A stretch of DNA of 64,000 bases from Paramecium tetraurelia (GCA_000165425.1 CT868655.1:248001-312000); one strand, 5' to 3'. Positions 13,929-28,400 are shown, numbered from the stretch's first letter. Program-made: numbers and translations. The notes: generated by a model not told the origin, from the sequence alone.

Positions 13929-14498
13929 ATGGAAACAAAAACATGGATTTTGATATTGAGATGGGTCAATATTGTAGCTGCGTATCTAATCGAATTACTA
14001 AATTAGAGTAGTAATTGGAGCCATGGGAATCTACCAATTAGTTACATTTTAGATGTTTTCAGATTTTCATTTCTATGAAATCTGGAGTATATTCACCCCA
14101 GTTTATTCATTGTAAATCATTTCACCAATCTATCCAGGATCTTTTGCGGCCTATTATTGGCTATTGAATTTAAGAAAGATTTCATAGCAGATTAATTTCA
14201 ATTCATGATGTCTTGCTTTGGAAGAGGCATATTTTACATATTGTATTTATTAATATATCATATTAAATAGTTTGGGATCAGTAGTATCGTATTAACCAAC
14301 AGGAGGATCATCAACATAAGTGTAAATTATCTCATAGAATATAGAGCTGGATGGATTTGGGGGTTAACTTTGTGGTTAGTAGGAATATTTTATGTGGTTA
14401 TTCATTTCGTTGGACCCAAGAGTGCCACTGCTGGATTAAAGGATGTAATAGTTTTCCTTTTATTTTAGGCTGTCAGCGCAGAATATGGAACTGCTTGA
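13929..14498 (+). CDS. COPI-associated / TVP15-family Golgi membrane protein
   Basis: Five 23-28 nt introns; four hydrophobic helices; motif FQFMMSCFGRGIFYIFLG. Confidence 0.8.
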
Positions 14499-14540
14499 AC
14501 AATATAAAAATATATATATATAAATAACAAAATTATATTT

Positions 14541-15814
14541 ATGTAAACTCTTCTGAAAAGTTATTCATAATTGTGGGTAAATCAAATAAAATATGGATTC
14601 AGACAGTATTCTACTTATTATATATTCTAGTGTGTCAATACGTAGCAAAACAAATAGCAGACATCAATATTATGCTACTAAGCCTTAGCAATATTAGAAA
14701 TTTTACGAGATGAAGAAAAAATATGATTTCAAAAATGATGATTTGACCTTCCCCATCAATATACCACTTAAGCAAAGGTACTCAAAAACCAGATTATATT
14801 AAGATATGCATATCGACCATAAAGACAATTCAATAAAGCCACCCCATAAAATGATTATCTTAATACAGAAGTTATGAGTGGCAATGAAATCCTCTTATAC
14901 TTTGAATAATTAGACAACCTGAGAATCAATGAGATCTTGAATGGTCTTGAGAGATTGCATAAATACAATAAAGGATGTATGACTAAATTCATAATTAGAA
15001 TTCAATCTTGCTGAACATCCTTGGGTTAAAGCTGCCTTAGACAAAGTATTTGAAGAACACAATCATCTAACCAAAATTCAATTTATACAATTACTCAATA
15101 TCTACAGTAATTATGGTATTGAAACACCAGAAGTTTGGGCAAAGTTTTAAGAAAGAATGATTAAGTAATGTGTAAATCATATCCCAAAGACTGTTACCCA
15201 ATATTCCAGCCAAATTATTCGGTGAATGTGTTAGACTATTCATGGAAAAGTCGGAAAGATCAACTGATGAATTCAAAAAAGATTTAAGTCTTGTGATCCC
15301 AGTTCATTTAACTAAAATGTCTCCATAGGCAATTGCAACGGCATTTGAAATGGTTTACAAACACAATCTGATGACTGAATACTTATTCTTTGATCATTTA
15401 CACTTAATTTTGAGAAACAGATTCAAATGGTTCATAAAGGGAAAAGCTTGTCCACTCATGTTGAGACTCCTAAGAGAAGCTAACTTTGAAGTATTTATTA
15501 AATATTATTAATAGACATGTGAATTCTTATGGCCTGAAGTCTACAAACAACTTGAGGCAGAATTAGATAGAATTCCAAATGACTAATGTGCACCAATTAG
15601 AAATGAATTAGTCAAAATTGGTGAGGCTTTTCCCAGTCATTAATAATATAATAATATTATTATTGCAAAAAAAATAGGTGCTAGGGCTACTTGGGAAGCT
15701 ACTCTTGGAGGATAAGCCAGAAAATTAAGTTTAGTGGAAATTGTTAAAAATGATATCCTTTATTATAAAGAGAAGTAGAAGTTATAGAGAGGTCAAAGCT
15801 AACAGAGTGTTTGA
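14541..15814 (+). CDS. Helical-repeat protein, probably mitochondrial
   Basis: Acid-free basic N-terminus MQTLLKSYSQLWVNQIKYGFRHVSIRSK; helical repeat-like segments (LTKIQFIQLLNIYSNYGIETPEVWAKF); several tiny introns. Confidence 0.7.
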
Positions 15815-16232
15815 TATATAATGATAAAATTGTATAATATCAATTTATAACAAGACTTTTTGTATTTCATATATTTTAAAAAATGTACAATATTAAAATA
15901 TGATAAAACTATATTTTTATATCATATTATGTACAACAATACACTTCTAATTCACTTTTTAGAGTAAAATACCGTCTCTAACACATGTCTTATTAATTTC
16001 AATTAAACATAGCAGTGTGCAAACTAGAATTTATATTATTGTAGTAGTGATATCAGATAATATATATTCATTCTTACGAATATATATTGAAATGTAACTT
16101 GCCAAGTGGTTGATTTCATTATCAAAATCAAGCTCGGCCCATAATTTTATTAACAGAATTCATCAAGACTATCTATCTTCTGTAATTTAATAAACAAATA
16201 TATCAATTTAACTTTTAATAATAAAATTTGTA

Positions 16233-19200
16233 ATGCAAGATATTTCTATATTAGAAAATTTATTACTAAAGCCTTAAGAAGAAGCTTTTAAGCATTTAGT
16301 CAAAGGATCCGATGAATATTATTACTTTTTTTTCCTTAAACTCTTCCATGAAAAAGGAGCTAATTTATCTAAGGAAGAAAAAGAACAACTAAGAGAATTC
16401 ATATCCAGAGACACAGAACTTTCAGAAAAAATAAAAAAAAGAAAAATCTTTGCACAATTAGACTTGTATTCCAATGATGTCACTAAGAGAAACAAATTGT
16501 TAGGATTACTAAGAGAATATGTATTTAAGATTGAGTATAATAATGATGTAGAACCTCAGCCTTTTTACTTTAGTGATGTATCAAGGTTATTATTTATATA
16601 AAATTTAGAGAGGAAGAACAAGAACAGGAATTAGAATAAGAGAAGATAATTGAAAGAGAAGATATTATTGAAACCGAAGACGTAAATTAGAAGTAAGAAG
16701 ACCAATAATCAGATGAGAAGGATAATTAAAGAGAGATAGATAATAGAAAATTATCTGATAGCGAATAAGAGGTTGTTTAATAGGAATAAGAGATTTAATA
16801 AGATGATTAATTGCAAATAGGAGGCTCCTCATAACATGCAGAGAGTGATGATCAGGATAAATCTGAAAATTTGGTTGTTGAATAAAAGGAAGAGGAAGAG
16901 CAATAGGACTATGAAAAATACTATCCATCCCAATTTGATCAATCCATAATTAGTTTGAACAAGTTTATAGAAAACTTTTATATATATTCACAAGCTAATT
17001 TATCTTGGCTATAACCTCAATACTATCATCTTTTAGATATTGACAGAATTTTAAAATTGAATAATGAAAAAACAATAGAGACTTACTTAGAAAATGCTTA
17101 GAAAATAGATGAGTAAATATTTGTTAATATTTAGAAATCCGGAAGTTTTGCAATTATTTAAATATCTTCTGAGTTAAAAGCAGGAATCAAGGAAGCTAAA
17201 TTAATTTCTACCAAAGTTATCTCAGGCATAATTAACTGAGCTATCAGAATTTAAACCTAAATTATTGGATGACAGGTAATTTGTGAACATATTTTTGTAA
17301 ATTAAGTTTGAAAGACAAAAAAATTAGATTAAAGATGATAAATAAGCACTTTATAATTTAAAGGAGGCTTAAACAGAATTTTTATTTAAACTATCACCAA
17401 AATTCTAAGATATGAAGATTAGCGAGTTAAATTCCTTAATTGAATTTGGAGCCAATAATAAAATATCTATTAAATAAGAGTGGATTATAGAATGGCTTAA
17501 AAATTATTAACCTATTTTTAATCCTTTGGTTGACGATTCTTAGTTTTATCAAAATAATAATAAAATTGTTTATTTGGTTGGTAATAATTTTCAATTTAAA
17601 ATTCTTAAGAAATATTTAGAAACATACTTAAATGATAATGAAAATTTAAGCTTTCTGTCACAATATATATCAATCAAGATTCTAGAATAGATGGAGGCTG
17701 AAATAAAATTATATTAAGGGAAATAATTGGAACATATCTCAAAGATTTTGCCACAAGATAGACTTGAGAGAATGAACAACGAGAAAATTCTAGCCATTTT
17801 AGATCCTTAATAAAAGTCATTTACACATGGGTATTTAATTATATTATTTCAAGAGATTAAGTGAGTTTGTAATGCAAATTAAAAAACATTTAATAATTAA
17901 AAATTAAGATATTTTAAATTAATTGTGAAAATTATTGTCTTTTAAATGAGAAAAATGCAAATATTAACATTTCCTTGGAAGGAATAATTCCCAATGAAGA
18001 AATAGAATTCACATATCAATAACCACCAATTGAAATATTTTATAAAGAATTTACATTTGAAACCATAACCAATTCAAGATACGGAGCCTTTGTAATTGAG
18101 TTTTTGGGAAGCGGGTTATATGCAAAGGCCTTTATTGTAAAAGGGAGATTGAGTTTAGAGAATACTATTACATCTGCAGGTCATTCTTTAAAAATATTCA
18201 ATGAGAACAAAGAGCTTTGTAAAGGTGAAGGAACTGGAGTGTGGCTGGAAAAGAAATTCTATTAAGTAAATGAGAGAAATGAGATTATGATACCATTTTC
18301 AGTTAATCCCAAGGATATTAATTGCATTATTGTACATGAAAATTATGCAGAAGTGTCTTCGATTAGAATTGAAGTTGAAAAATATGAATTGAATTGCCTA
18401 TTTTTCTTGGATTAAGAGTAATTCATCTCTGAAACTGAAGCTTCAATTACTATATTCCCAGAACTCACAGTTGCTAACAAAAAGATTGATATTGGATTAT
18501 TGAAAAATACCAAAATCAGAGTATAATCAACAAGCAAGTCGAATGTAATGAGTTACAATTAAACAGAAGAAGCAAAATTTAAAAATGAACAGCCTTATTC
18601 ATTTTAAATGAGAAACCTTTCAAACTTAACTAAAACTAACATTGTTGTATTTGGTTAAATCATGTCAATGACAGAAAATAAATTGTTGGATTTATAGTTT
18701 GATTTCAATATTAGTTATTCATATGAATCAAGACTTTGCAAATAGTACGTGAAATACTCGGAAGAAAATGGGTATGAAATAGCAGTCATAGGAAGGAATG
18801 GTGAGATATATGAAAATTTATTATTCGAGTTTTCTTTCTATACTATGTACTCTACTTAAGTAACCCCCACTAAATTGAAAACTAATGAAAAAGGCAAAAT
18901 ATTGTTGGGACAATTAGAAGGTGTAATAAAATTTGTTTCTCGATGTTTATCTTCAAGCTCATAGTAGACTCCTCCTGATTTGTATTACACAATTCAGAAA
19001 ACAGAATAATAATAAAATAGTATATCAATTTAACATTTAAAAACAACTTATAACGAATTGTTATAGAATATTGAATTTAAGGTTGAGTAAACAGAGGAGA
19101 AATATTTAGTGATGGTAATTGCTTCTTAATTCATTCATCCCTCTAATTAGCATATTGAATTTGCTTAAGATTTACAAAGAAAGTTATTCACGAGTAATGA

Positions 19201-22200
19201 AAAGAATGATTCCAGTTTTCTAATTTAAAATGAATTCTAATCAAATTAAAATGTTTAGTTTGAAATTGCCTATGTGTAAAATAGAAGAACCAAACCTGCT
19301 TACATTGGAAACACTCTTGAGAAGCCTAGCGTTTTGTTAAATAGGTAGTTTGTCTAAGAAACTAACAATGCAGAAGAATAAGAATAGGATGAAGATGATA
19401 ATAAAGAATGTGAATTAGATGAAGATGATGAATTATGTAGTGAAAGGGATGAATCTGAGAGGGGATCGATGGTTGAATGTAAAGAAGAAGCATATAGAGG
19501 TGGAAGGTTAAAAAAAAAAAAAAAGAAAATGTCAAGGAGGAGAGAAAAAGCAGGCAATTAATGTACCAAAGGAAAAAAGTAAATTGATGTTACAAACCAC
19601 TTGAATTTTTTGAAGAGTTCTGCTTAAATTCTAAGTGTCAAGTAGCATTAGTCTAATCAATATGAGTTGACTTTTCCAGATTAAATACAGTAAATTCAAA
19701 TCATTGTGATAAATTAAAAAAGTATTTAAAACAAAGTAATTGGGCTTAAATCTAAAGATCCCTATAAAAAAGACATAACACATAAATCAAAACTAGAAAT
19801 TGGAAAATTCTATTCTCCCTATAGAGAGTCACTTATTATTTCAAAAGGCTAAGAATACTTATTAACAGATTGTGCAAGCACTCAATTTAAAATAATTGAT
19901 TCATATGAAGAGGCTTGCTCAATAATGAAAAATATTTCTTAGAATTCTGATACCTCATTAATAGAAATATATTCAACATGGAATGGTAAGAATTTAGAGG
20001 AAAAACTTAAACTTTATAATAATAGTCAATCAGACGAATTTAATTTGTTTCTACATTTTAAAGACCCGGCTTTCTTTGAGATATACATATTAGGTTACAT
20101 AAGAAATAAAATAGAAAAATCATTTATTGATCAATTTTTACTAAAGAATGTTTCATATCTATCACAGAGAGTGTCTAGTGGAAGGTTTACGCAATTAAAT
20201 GCTCTAGAACAGACTCTATTATTTATATTTTTTAATGAAATCTAAGGAAATAAAGTCTATTCGAACAGAATCAAAAATTGTTTGCAATCAGTAATTAAGA
20301 ATTATGAAATAAATTTGGCTGAAAGAAAATAATTATTTGATACCATACTAGGAGGAGAAGGTGAAGAAAAAGGCTTAGAGTAAGAGAGTGAGGAAGAATG
20401 TTATGAAGGCGGTGCCGGAGGAGGTGGAGGAGATTTAAATTACTGCTGTGCTGATGATAATTATTATAATTGTGAGCAAGAATGTAATGAAGAAATGCAA
20501 TGTAGAATGTCAAGGCATAGTAGAGGGTCATTTCAATAGGATGAGTATGATGAATAATAACTTTATGATGCATATACGGTGTAAAGGGAGATGAGCATTT
20601 AACCATTTAAAAATATTAAATAAACTTGTGAATATGGTGAATTGCATTATAGAGATGGGAAAACTCTGTAGAATCCTAATTTAACTATTTATAATGACTT
20701 CTATCATGATTTAGTTGAGCATTCTATATCGCAAGGTGTTCTTGAGAATCCCTTCGTTTCTTCGAAATTCATTTATAACAATCTTGAGAATACCCATAAT
20801 CTGATCATTACTGCTGCCTTATTAGGATTACCCTATAAAAACTTAGCCTAAGTAGAACAGGTGTATGTTGAAACAGATTTATTTATAAAAGCACAGACAC
20901 CGTGCATTCTGTTAAAGAAATAATTAAAAGAGTTGCCAAAATAAATCAATAAATAAATATTAGTAATTTAAAAATTTTATGATGAAAATAATAGGTACAT
21001 CAAGAAAGATGGAGAAAATATTGAGTTGTAACCATTGGAATTTGAAATTAAGAAGATATATCAATGTGAAATTGTTATTACTAATTGTTCATCCAAAAAG
21101 TTAAATGTATTTCTATTGCAAGAGATACCAAATGGTTCACTTCCATACGATCAAAATAATTATTCAAGCATAAACACAGTCAGCCTTAAACCCTATTAAT
21201 CACGCACTTACCATTACTCATTTTACTTTCCAAATATCGGAAGCTTTTCAGTTTATCCTGCAGTTGTATCCACTGAAAAAGCAGTCATAGCAGTTGCCGA
21301 GGAATACTAATTCATTGTTGTTGGCAGTTCCTAAATCTTGAACAAAGAGAATCTCATGGATATCATTCAAAAAGGTAGTAAAGATGATATTCTTGAGTAT
21401 TTAAGGAACAACAGCTAGGTTGATTTATCCTAAATTAAAAAATACTTTAAGGACCGAACATTTTATTTCAAATGTACTGAAATCCTAAGAGAGAAATTAG
21501 AATTGAGAGAGGAAATCCTGTAATATGGTTTTATTCACAATGATCTAGAAGGGATTAAGGATTATCTCGCTTTAGAAAACATTCAAGAAACACTGAAAAA
21601 TTAATTCGTCTATTTGAAATCCAATTTTATTGAAATCAGTTCTGTAAGATTTTATGAATATTATCCCTTATTGGCAAAAAGAGTGCATAAATTAGCTACC
21701 ATTGAATAGGGAATATTAAATGTATAATTGAAATAAAAGTACAAAGAATTTCTGAATTATCTTGTGATCAAATAAGATTTATCAATCGCTGACAAAATCA
21801 TATTTTGCTATTATTTATTACTATAATCAAGAATAAACGATGCAATTTAAATCTATTAAAGCATTAATACATAATTCAATGAGGATGATCCAGTTTTGCA
21901 ATATGATTATCTCAGTGCTTATTTAGATTTTTACATCGGATATCCTAATTTTGATAGGGCAAGGTCCATTTGTGAAAAGTATCTAAGTTATCCAGTTATC
22001 GAATGGAGAAATCTATTTTATGAAGTAATGAATTTATTAGCTGAATTTGATGGTGATGAAGATAAAATCTCAGAAAGATAGACAGATGAAAATAAACAGA
22101 AGAATTAAGATCAAGCCAACAAAGAAGAATAATTAGAATTCGTTGTTGAAAATGATCAAATCAAAATCACCTATGCTAATATTCATTCGATATCTATTGA

Positions 22201-22843
22201 ACATTATTTGATTGATTTAGAAGTTATATTCTCCAAAAATCCCTTCTTAAGCGATCAAAATTACAATAATTATACCTACACCAAACCAATTCATTCATCA
22301 AAACATCCATTAAAATTCACTCAAACTTAACAATAATTGACAATTTTATTTCCTGATAATTTGAAACATAAAAATTAAATTATTCAAATCAAAGGAGATA
22401 CTAAAATTGTTAGTCATCATTATATTGAAACTAAATTATAAATTAATATCACTGAAAACAGTGGTTAATTGAGAATTTCAAATTAAGAGGGTAAATACCT
22501 TGAAAAAATTTATATAAAAACATTCGTTAAGAAAAATGATGGCTAAAATTAATTCTATAAAGATGGTTACACTGATCTTAGAGGTCGATATGATTATGCT
22601 ACTCTTGATACACAATCTTTAGAAAAGGTGTCTAAATTTGCAGTTCTAATTGTTAGCAATGACTTAGGTAATTTATTATAATCTATTTAAGGTTCCATGA
22701 TTAAAGAGATCAACCCTCCCTCATAAGTAGGAACCTATGGAAGGGAAGTCAAACTTCAATCTAAATTATGGACTGGTAAAGCATAGAAGGAATAAGAAAA
22801 ATAAGAAATTATCTATAAATCAAAGAGTTAATGCAAAAAATGA
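16233..22843 (+). CDS. Giant (~2,180 aa) uncharacterised protein with macroglobulin-like beta-domain character
   Basis: Long code-6 frame with three introns seen (~16586, ~17831, ~22668); AFKHLVKGSDEYYYFFFL, FVIEFLGSGLYAKAFIVKG, SFYFPNIGSFSVYPAVVS, FYKDGYTDLRGRYDYATL; ends TGATGA. Confidence 0.85.
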
Positions 22844-23202
22844 TGAAATATTTTAAGTTTAATTCAATTATCATCAATTTAAAATATCTATCTTTTAATT
22901 CAAAAGTGTTTAATTTCAATTTTCATAATTCTCTTCTCCAATATCCGAATGACATTTACAATATATTTAGAAAATATAATTTTATTAATAATGATCTTAA
23001 AATATTAAACATATATTTGAATAACAATTAAAATTATGTTTGATTTAAACCAAGAGATTTAACGAAATAATTTCCTTGATCATAAATAACTTCCTTATAT
23101 ATTAGATTGTGTACCAAAATTTATTCAATATTTAGCTTATGAATATTCTCAGACAGTCCCAATAGTGATTTTATATTAAATTTATAAATTATTGAATAGA
23201 CT

Positions 23203-23782
23203 ATGCAATAGCTTCATACTAAATTAAGAGCCTCGTCTGTGCAAGAACAGGGAGAGCAAAGATCAAAACTCCCTAATATTCTGACACCCACATTTGCAGA
23301 TTGGAAAATCCCTAGTGATGCTAGAGCTCATCCAAAAATTAGCAGAAGAAACCCTCTCTTCAAATTTGGACTTATACCACCTAAAAAAGCAACAACACCC
23401 TCTTCATAAACTCATCAAAACCCTCATGATTTTAGGGGACTCAAGTCTGAAGAACAAAGTTAAAGGATTAAAGAGATCATTGTTGAGGATAGAGTGAGTA
23501 CAACAGAAACAAACAATCTTCATTAGTTTGAATCTGAAAAAAAATACTTCCAACTAAGAAATAGATCCATAAGTGGACCTAAGCATTCCAATTAATTGGT
23601 AATCGATTTTAATTATTAATCATTAGTTAATAGAATGCAAATAATTATTTGATAATCAGAAGAAAGCATTTGAGGAAATATTGAAGCAAAACAGTCTCTA
23701 CAACAAGTACTCTAAAGTTATTGACAAAGAATAAAATATAACAAATTAGAAAATAATGCAAATTTTTAACTTATATAAATGA
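23203..23782 (+). CDS. Hypothetical protein
   Basis: MQQLHTKLRASSVQEQG...; one 28-nt intron at ~23599; TGA 23780-23782. Confidence 0.7.
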
Positions 23783-24551
23783 TTATATATATAACTTAAT
23801 TATAAAGGAACAATTCAAACATAAATCGACACATTTTTTCAATAACCAATTTGAACTCTCAATAATTTTTATTATGTCTGTAATTCATTTCATACTTATC
23901 TTCCAATCATATTTAATGCAATGCCTTAATTATCTAATTTAGATAAAGATAATATCCATATAAGTTATTGAAGTCAAAAAATATTTATTAATTAGCAATA
24001 TCGTTAGAATTTTGATGAAACTCCCTTTTCTTTATTTTAAATGCTTGTATTAATCTAAGATTTTATTATTATCTTCATAGTCATTATATTAGAAACCATT
24101 AGTACTACTACTGTGCCTGTGTCATGAGAAATGTTTATTCGAATTACTGATTCTCTCTATTATTAAATTCTTTATTTATTTTTAAATAAAAACTGCAATA
24201 AAAGAGATTCTGACTAAATGTTTATACCATAATGAAATCTCATCCATTTCTTACCCAAGAGCTAAATTAATGAGGTAGTCTAATTTTTAATAGACCAAAG
24301 CTATTAAAAATAGATAAAAATATCAATTTTATGAAAGAGCTAAATCATATCTATAAAAAGAGGAATATTAAAGATATCAATGGTTACTTATTGTGCCAAA
24401 CTATTAATTTAACATGAGGTGATTTAATTTTTGAAGAAAGGTGGAAAAGTTTGACTTTTATATGTAATTTTATAATAAGATACATAAAAAGATTGCTTAT
24501 AAATGGATTTTGATTGAAAGTTTTAAGTTATAAATCTATATAAATATTTAA

Positions 24552-25174
24552 TCAGTATAGGCTTTGGGGGAACATACCTGGCTTTTGATATTCTAAGTCG
24601 ATTGCTTTCCTCGATTTATTGTATTTGCCATAATATTCCATGCAAGTAAAAGTAAATCTTTTAATTAAGGTAAGGAGAGTACCTGATGCAATTTCCAAAC
24701 TTAGCGGTTCGCAAATACTCTTTAGAGATTCCAGTTTTGGCAAGGTCATCAGCATATACGAAAATATCTGAACCATCTGAGTCCATAACAATGAATCCAT
24801 AGTTTTTATTCTCATCAAAGAACTTCAAGAAGCCTGCACTTCTATTCTTCTTTGGTTGATCAAGAGCCAGTTCTTGTAGGAGTTGCGTAACACTGACTTG
24901 AGAGTCTTGAATGAAGCGATTACATTCCTATATGATTAGATCACCATCAATATTACTTTCCTCAATCAATTATTGTTTTTACTAATATTAATGATTAAAT
25001 GGATACATAATTTCTGGGATAAGAAGAACTCTTCTTAATTTGGGGAGGTTTGTGCACTTGATCCATTTTGAAAGTGTCATAGTCAAGATCATTTTCGCTA
25101 ATGTTTGTTGAGAAATCCTTGCATTCAGATCTCGAGGGTGACAACTACAAATCAATCAATTTCACAGGGAACAT
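24552..25174 (-). CDS. Cold-shock domain (OB-fold) protein
   Basis: GFLKFFDENKNYGFIVMDSDGSDIFVYADDL (RNP1/RNP2-like motifs); two introns. Confidence 0.88.
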
Positions 25175-25480
25175 TAATAAACAAATAATTAAATATTTAT
25201 GAATAATTTTTATTTTCCAAATCCTTGAATCGTTGTCCAAAAATAAATTGTATTTTTTATAATACTAAAATTACCTAATTGTAATGAATCTGAATCTATT
25301 TTGCACTTTAAACCGCTTTTCCATAATGGATATGACATCTATTGCTTTAAGAATTCTTAAGAATTAATAGAGAAATACTTAAATTAAATTGTAATTAAAT
25401 AAGAGAATTAAATCATAGTAGTATTATTTATGATAGAAAATGATAAATTTAATCTAACTATTCACATATAGATTAATAGA

Positions 25481-28400
25481 TCATGATATTAATTGATTAT
25501 AAATATACAAAATTAATCTAATATAGTGTTTATCAATTTTTTATAATAATATTTAATATGTTTTCTAAGCGATCAACTAAAGTAGTCTTGTTGTCATTCA
25601 GAATACGACTAGCTTATAAATTGTCCTAGTTGATTGAAACACTTTCGAAGATGACCTGCCAACCTATGGATTATAAAATGAAGTTCAAGTGATAATCAGT
25701 GGTCATCTTATTGCACTAAATATACTTGGGTGGTTTTCTTTTTTTCTTATAACTCTTTTATGATATACTTATGATCCATTTATTGTTTCCTTCTTCTACT
25801 TATCCCACACTCCAGCAGTGATAGTAAAAAACATTCCATTTTCGCTCAGATTAACCTCATCGAAAACCTACAGTCTAACTCCTATTGGCTTATCATTAAT
25901 CCCCAAATATGAAATCGTCACTGGAATTCTGTATTTCGAAGCTTCAATTAACAATACACTCATACTGATAAAGAATCTATAACAACACTCGCTATTCACT
26001 TCCTTTTTCATAATGGAATTCTCCTTGTATCTATCATAGTCATCTAAATCCAATTCCTTTGCAAAAGTGTTTAAGTCAAACATTTGAGTAAGGAGATAAC
26101 ATAACAACTGAATATCCGCATAATCCATTACAGAAATTAGTAAACCAAATGTCCTATTGACATCATAATAATCAAACTGATCCTATCCCAAAGCTTTGAC
26201 CTTAGCACTCCTTGGAGCTATTATTTGTTAGTATGATTGATATACCATATGTATCATAACAATTTTGGAGCAGGATCTCAAAACAGTTATCTTGGCTATT
26301 GTCTGCAATGATTATGATTCTTTGGTAGGTAGCCATTTCAGTGATTTTAATACAACACATCTTTAGATTGGCTAAAGCATTATTAGGCATTTAGATTTGT
26401 TATCCATTTAATAAATTAAAAAATCCACCTAAATCATCAATTTAAAATATATTTGCCAATTCATTTTCAAGATTCTACTTGAGTGACTCTAAAAATTAAA
26501 TGAATCTTATCTTATTCTTAATTACATAACTAGGGACTTGATGAGTAACCTTTTTTGAAGTAGGTTGCATTTATTAAGTTTGATTAATGACTCTCATGAT
26601 TTGTTAGATTGATTCCTTTTCGTATTCCTCATTAAAGTAAGAATCAAAAAATAAATCTAAAGATGCTTAATCAAATTGCATATCTATCCAACCTTATTAT
26701 TATTAGCCTGTGATAATCAATCTAAGAATAAATTGTTCAATAGCAACAACAGTAATTTGACACTCCTCCTCAAAGATCCAAAACTTATTTTATTCACTAA
26801 AGATTCCAGTGGGTGCATGTGATAACTTAATTTGATTATCATTAAAGGCTACAAAAGGTAGAATTAGATGCTGAACAAATTTGTTGAATGAATTTATACA
26901 TTTCAATGGACAAGTGTAAGGCAAGACAGCTCTTAATTCTGCAACTTAAAAAAACTAACTCTAAATTCAATTTAATTACATTATTAAGTGCATTGCTATC
27001 AAAGGTTTCAGTTTTATCGGCGTCCAAATAAATTTTTAGATTATTCCCATGAATTGAGCATTAAACCTCATATAAGGAATCTTCAAACATAACTTTCTTA
27101 ACAATAGTTATGTCATTCTGGAGTAGAATAGTGTACTCTCTGCCTTAATCCAGCTCTATATAAATATATCATGAATTACAATCAATAATAGTTATTTCCA
27201 TATCGTCATTGAAGGAACTACTGAGATTGATATCAGGTATTTTTAACACTTTAACTGTGTCTTCGATTTGACCTTAAGATAAGGTTTGTATCAAGCTCCT
27301 AATTTCAGTAGTACTTTGTCTATTAATTTGTTTAGGAGGAGGTAGAAATTATAAATTTTATTAAGGTTGTTCAAATTGTTAAGGTATCACATTTCCAAAT
27401 GATACTCGATCATGTATAACATTTTGTTGTTGTTGTTCTTCATATTTTAATTTAATTTAGTTTGATTCATTCCCTAATTCTTCAATTTTCTGTTTCAATT
27501 CATTGATTTCCTATTCCTTCTCTAACCTTTGCTACTGCATTTTCAGATTTTCTTTTTAAAGTTCAGAAATCCTTTTCTCCAAAGCATTTATTTTGGGTTC
27601 AGTTTTTTTATTACTAAAAGTTTGGACAAAGTGATCAAATTTGGTTTGAATGATATTTTAGATGTCAATTGGTTATTATCTTGGGGAATGCACTCTAAAT
27701 TGTTTTATCATTCTTTCTGAGCTTTTGGTGCCAGATTCACCCATATCTATTTTGGCTGATTCTGATTAAGCTTTGATCTATTATTACTCTTTGATGCTAT
27801 TTTGAGTCTACAACTTAATTTGCCTCATTAGGATGTTGCAAGAGGCACTAATTCTTTTGGCATCTGCTACCTTAATTGATTTTCCTTTCTGTTTGATCAT
27901 GATGCTCTTTCTGGAGATGGAAACACTTCTCTATTGAGTAAAGTAGGAAACCAAATAATGGTTTGAATTGAGGTACTTTCTACATATCTTTTGGCCATTG
28001 TGGAAGAACTTATCATAGTCAATGTCGAGCATTTCTTATTGTTTTTAGAGTTGCTGAACGCATTTTCCATAGAAAAGGTAGCCATTCAATAGGAGGATGA
28101 TGTCGGATGGGTTCTTCTGTAATTTGGGTGTATTGGTTTTCATCTCTTTGAATATCTTGGTGATATAATATTGAGTTTACATAGGGTTCATATTTGATCA
28201 AGGCTCGTTCGACAAGTCGGAAACATTTGTTGTAATTGAATTAGCAATAATGAATTCTGGCTAGGTTGAGGTGTGTAATAAGGAACAATTGAGGTTGTTC
28301 ATTCAAGTAGTGCTTGAGATTGAATTTGGCAAGTCTCTTACTTAGATCAATTAAATTGGAATTGAATAATAAAACAGTCAGAGTATTGAGTGCTTGAGTA

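Noticed and set aside
19510..19524. A15 run as frameshift site or retro-insertion tail
   Set aside because: It is in frame (LKKKKK) and the ORF continues
20468..20485. Possible thioester motif (NCEQEC) in the giant protein
   Set aside because: A thioester needs CxEQ (typically GCGEQ); the spacing is wrong and the context is low-complexity
24270..24420. In-frame TGA codons as selenocysteine
   Set aside because: No redox-motif context, no recognisable SECIS and no supported gene
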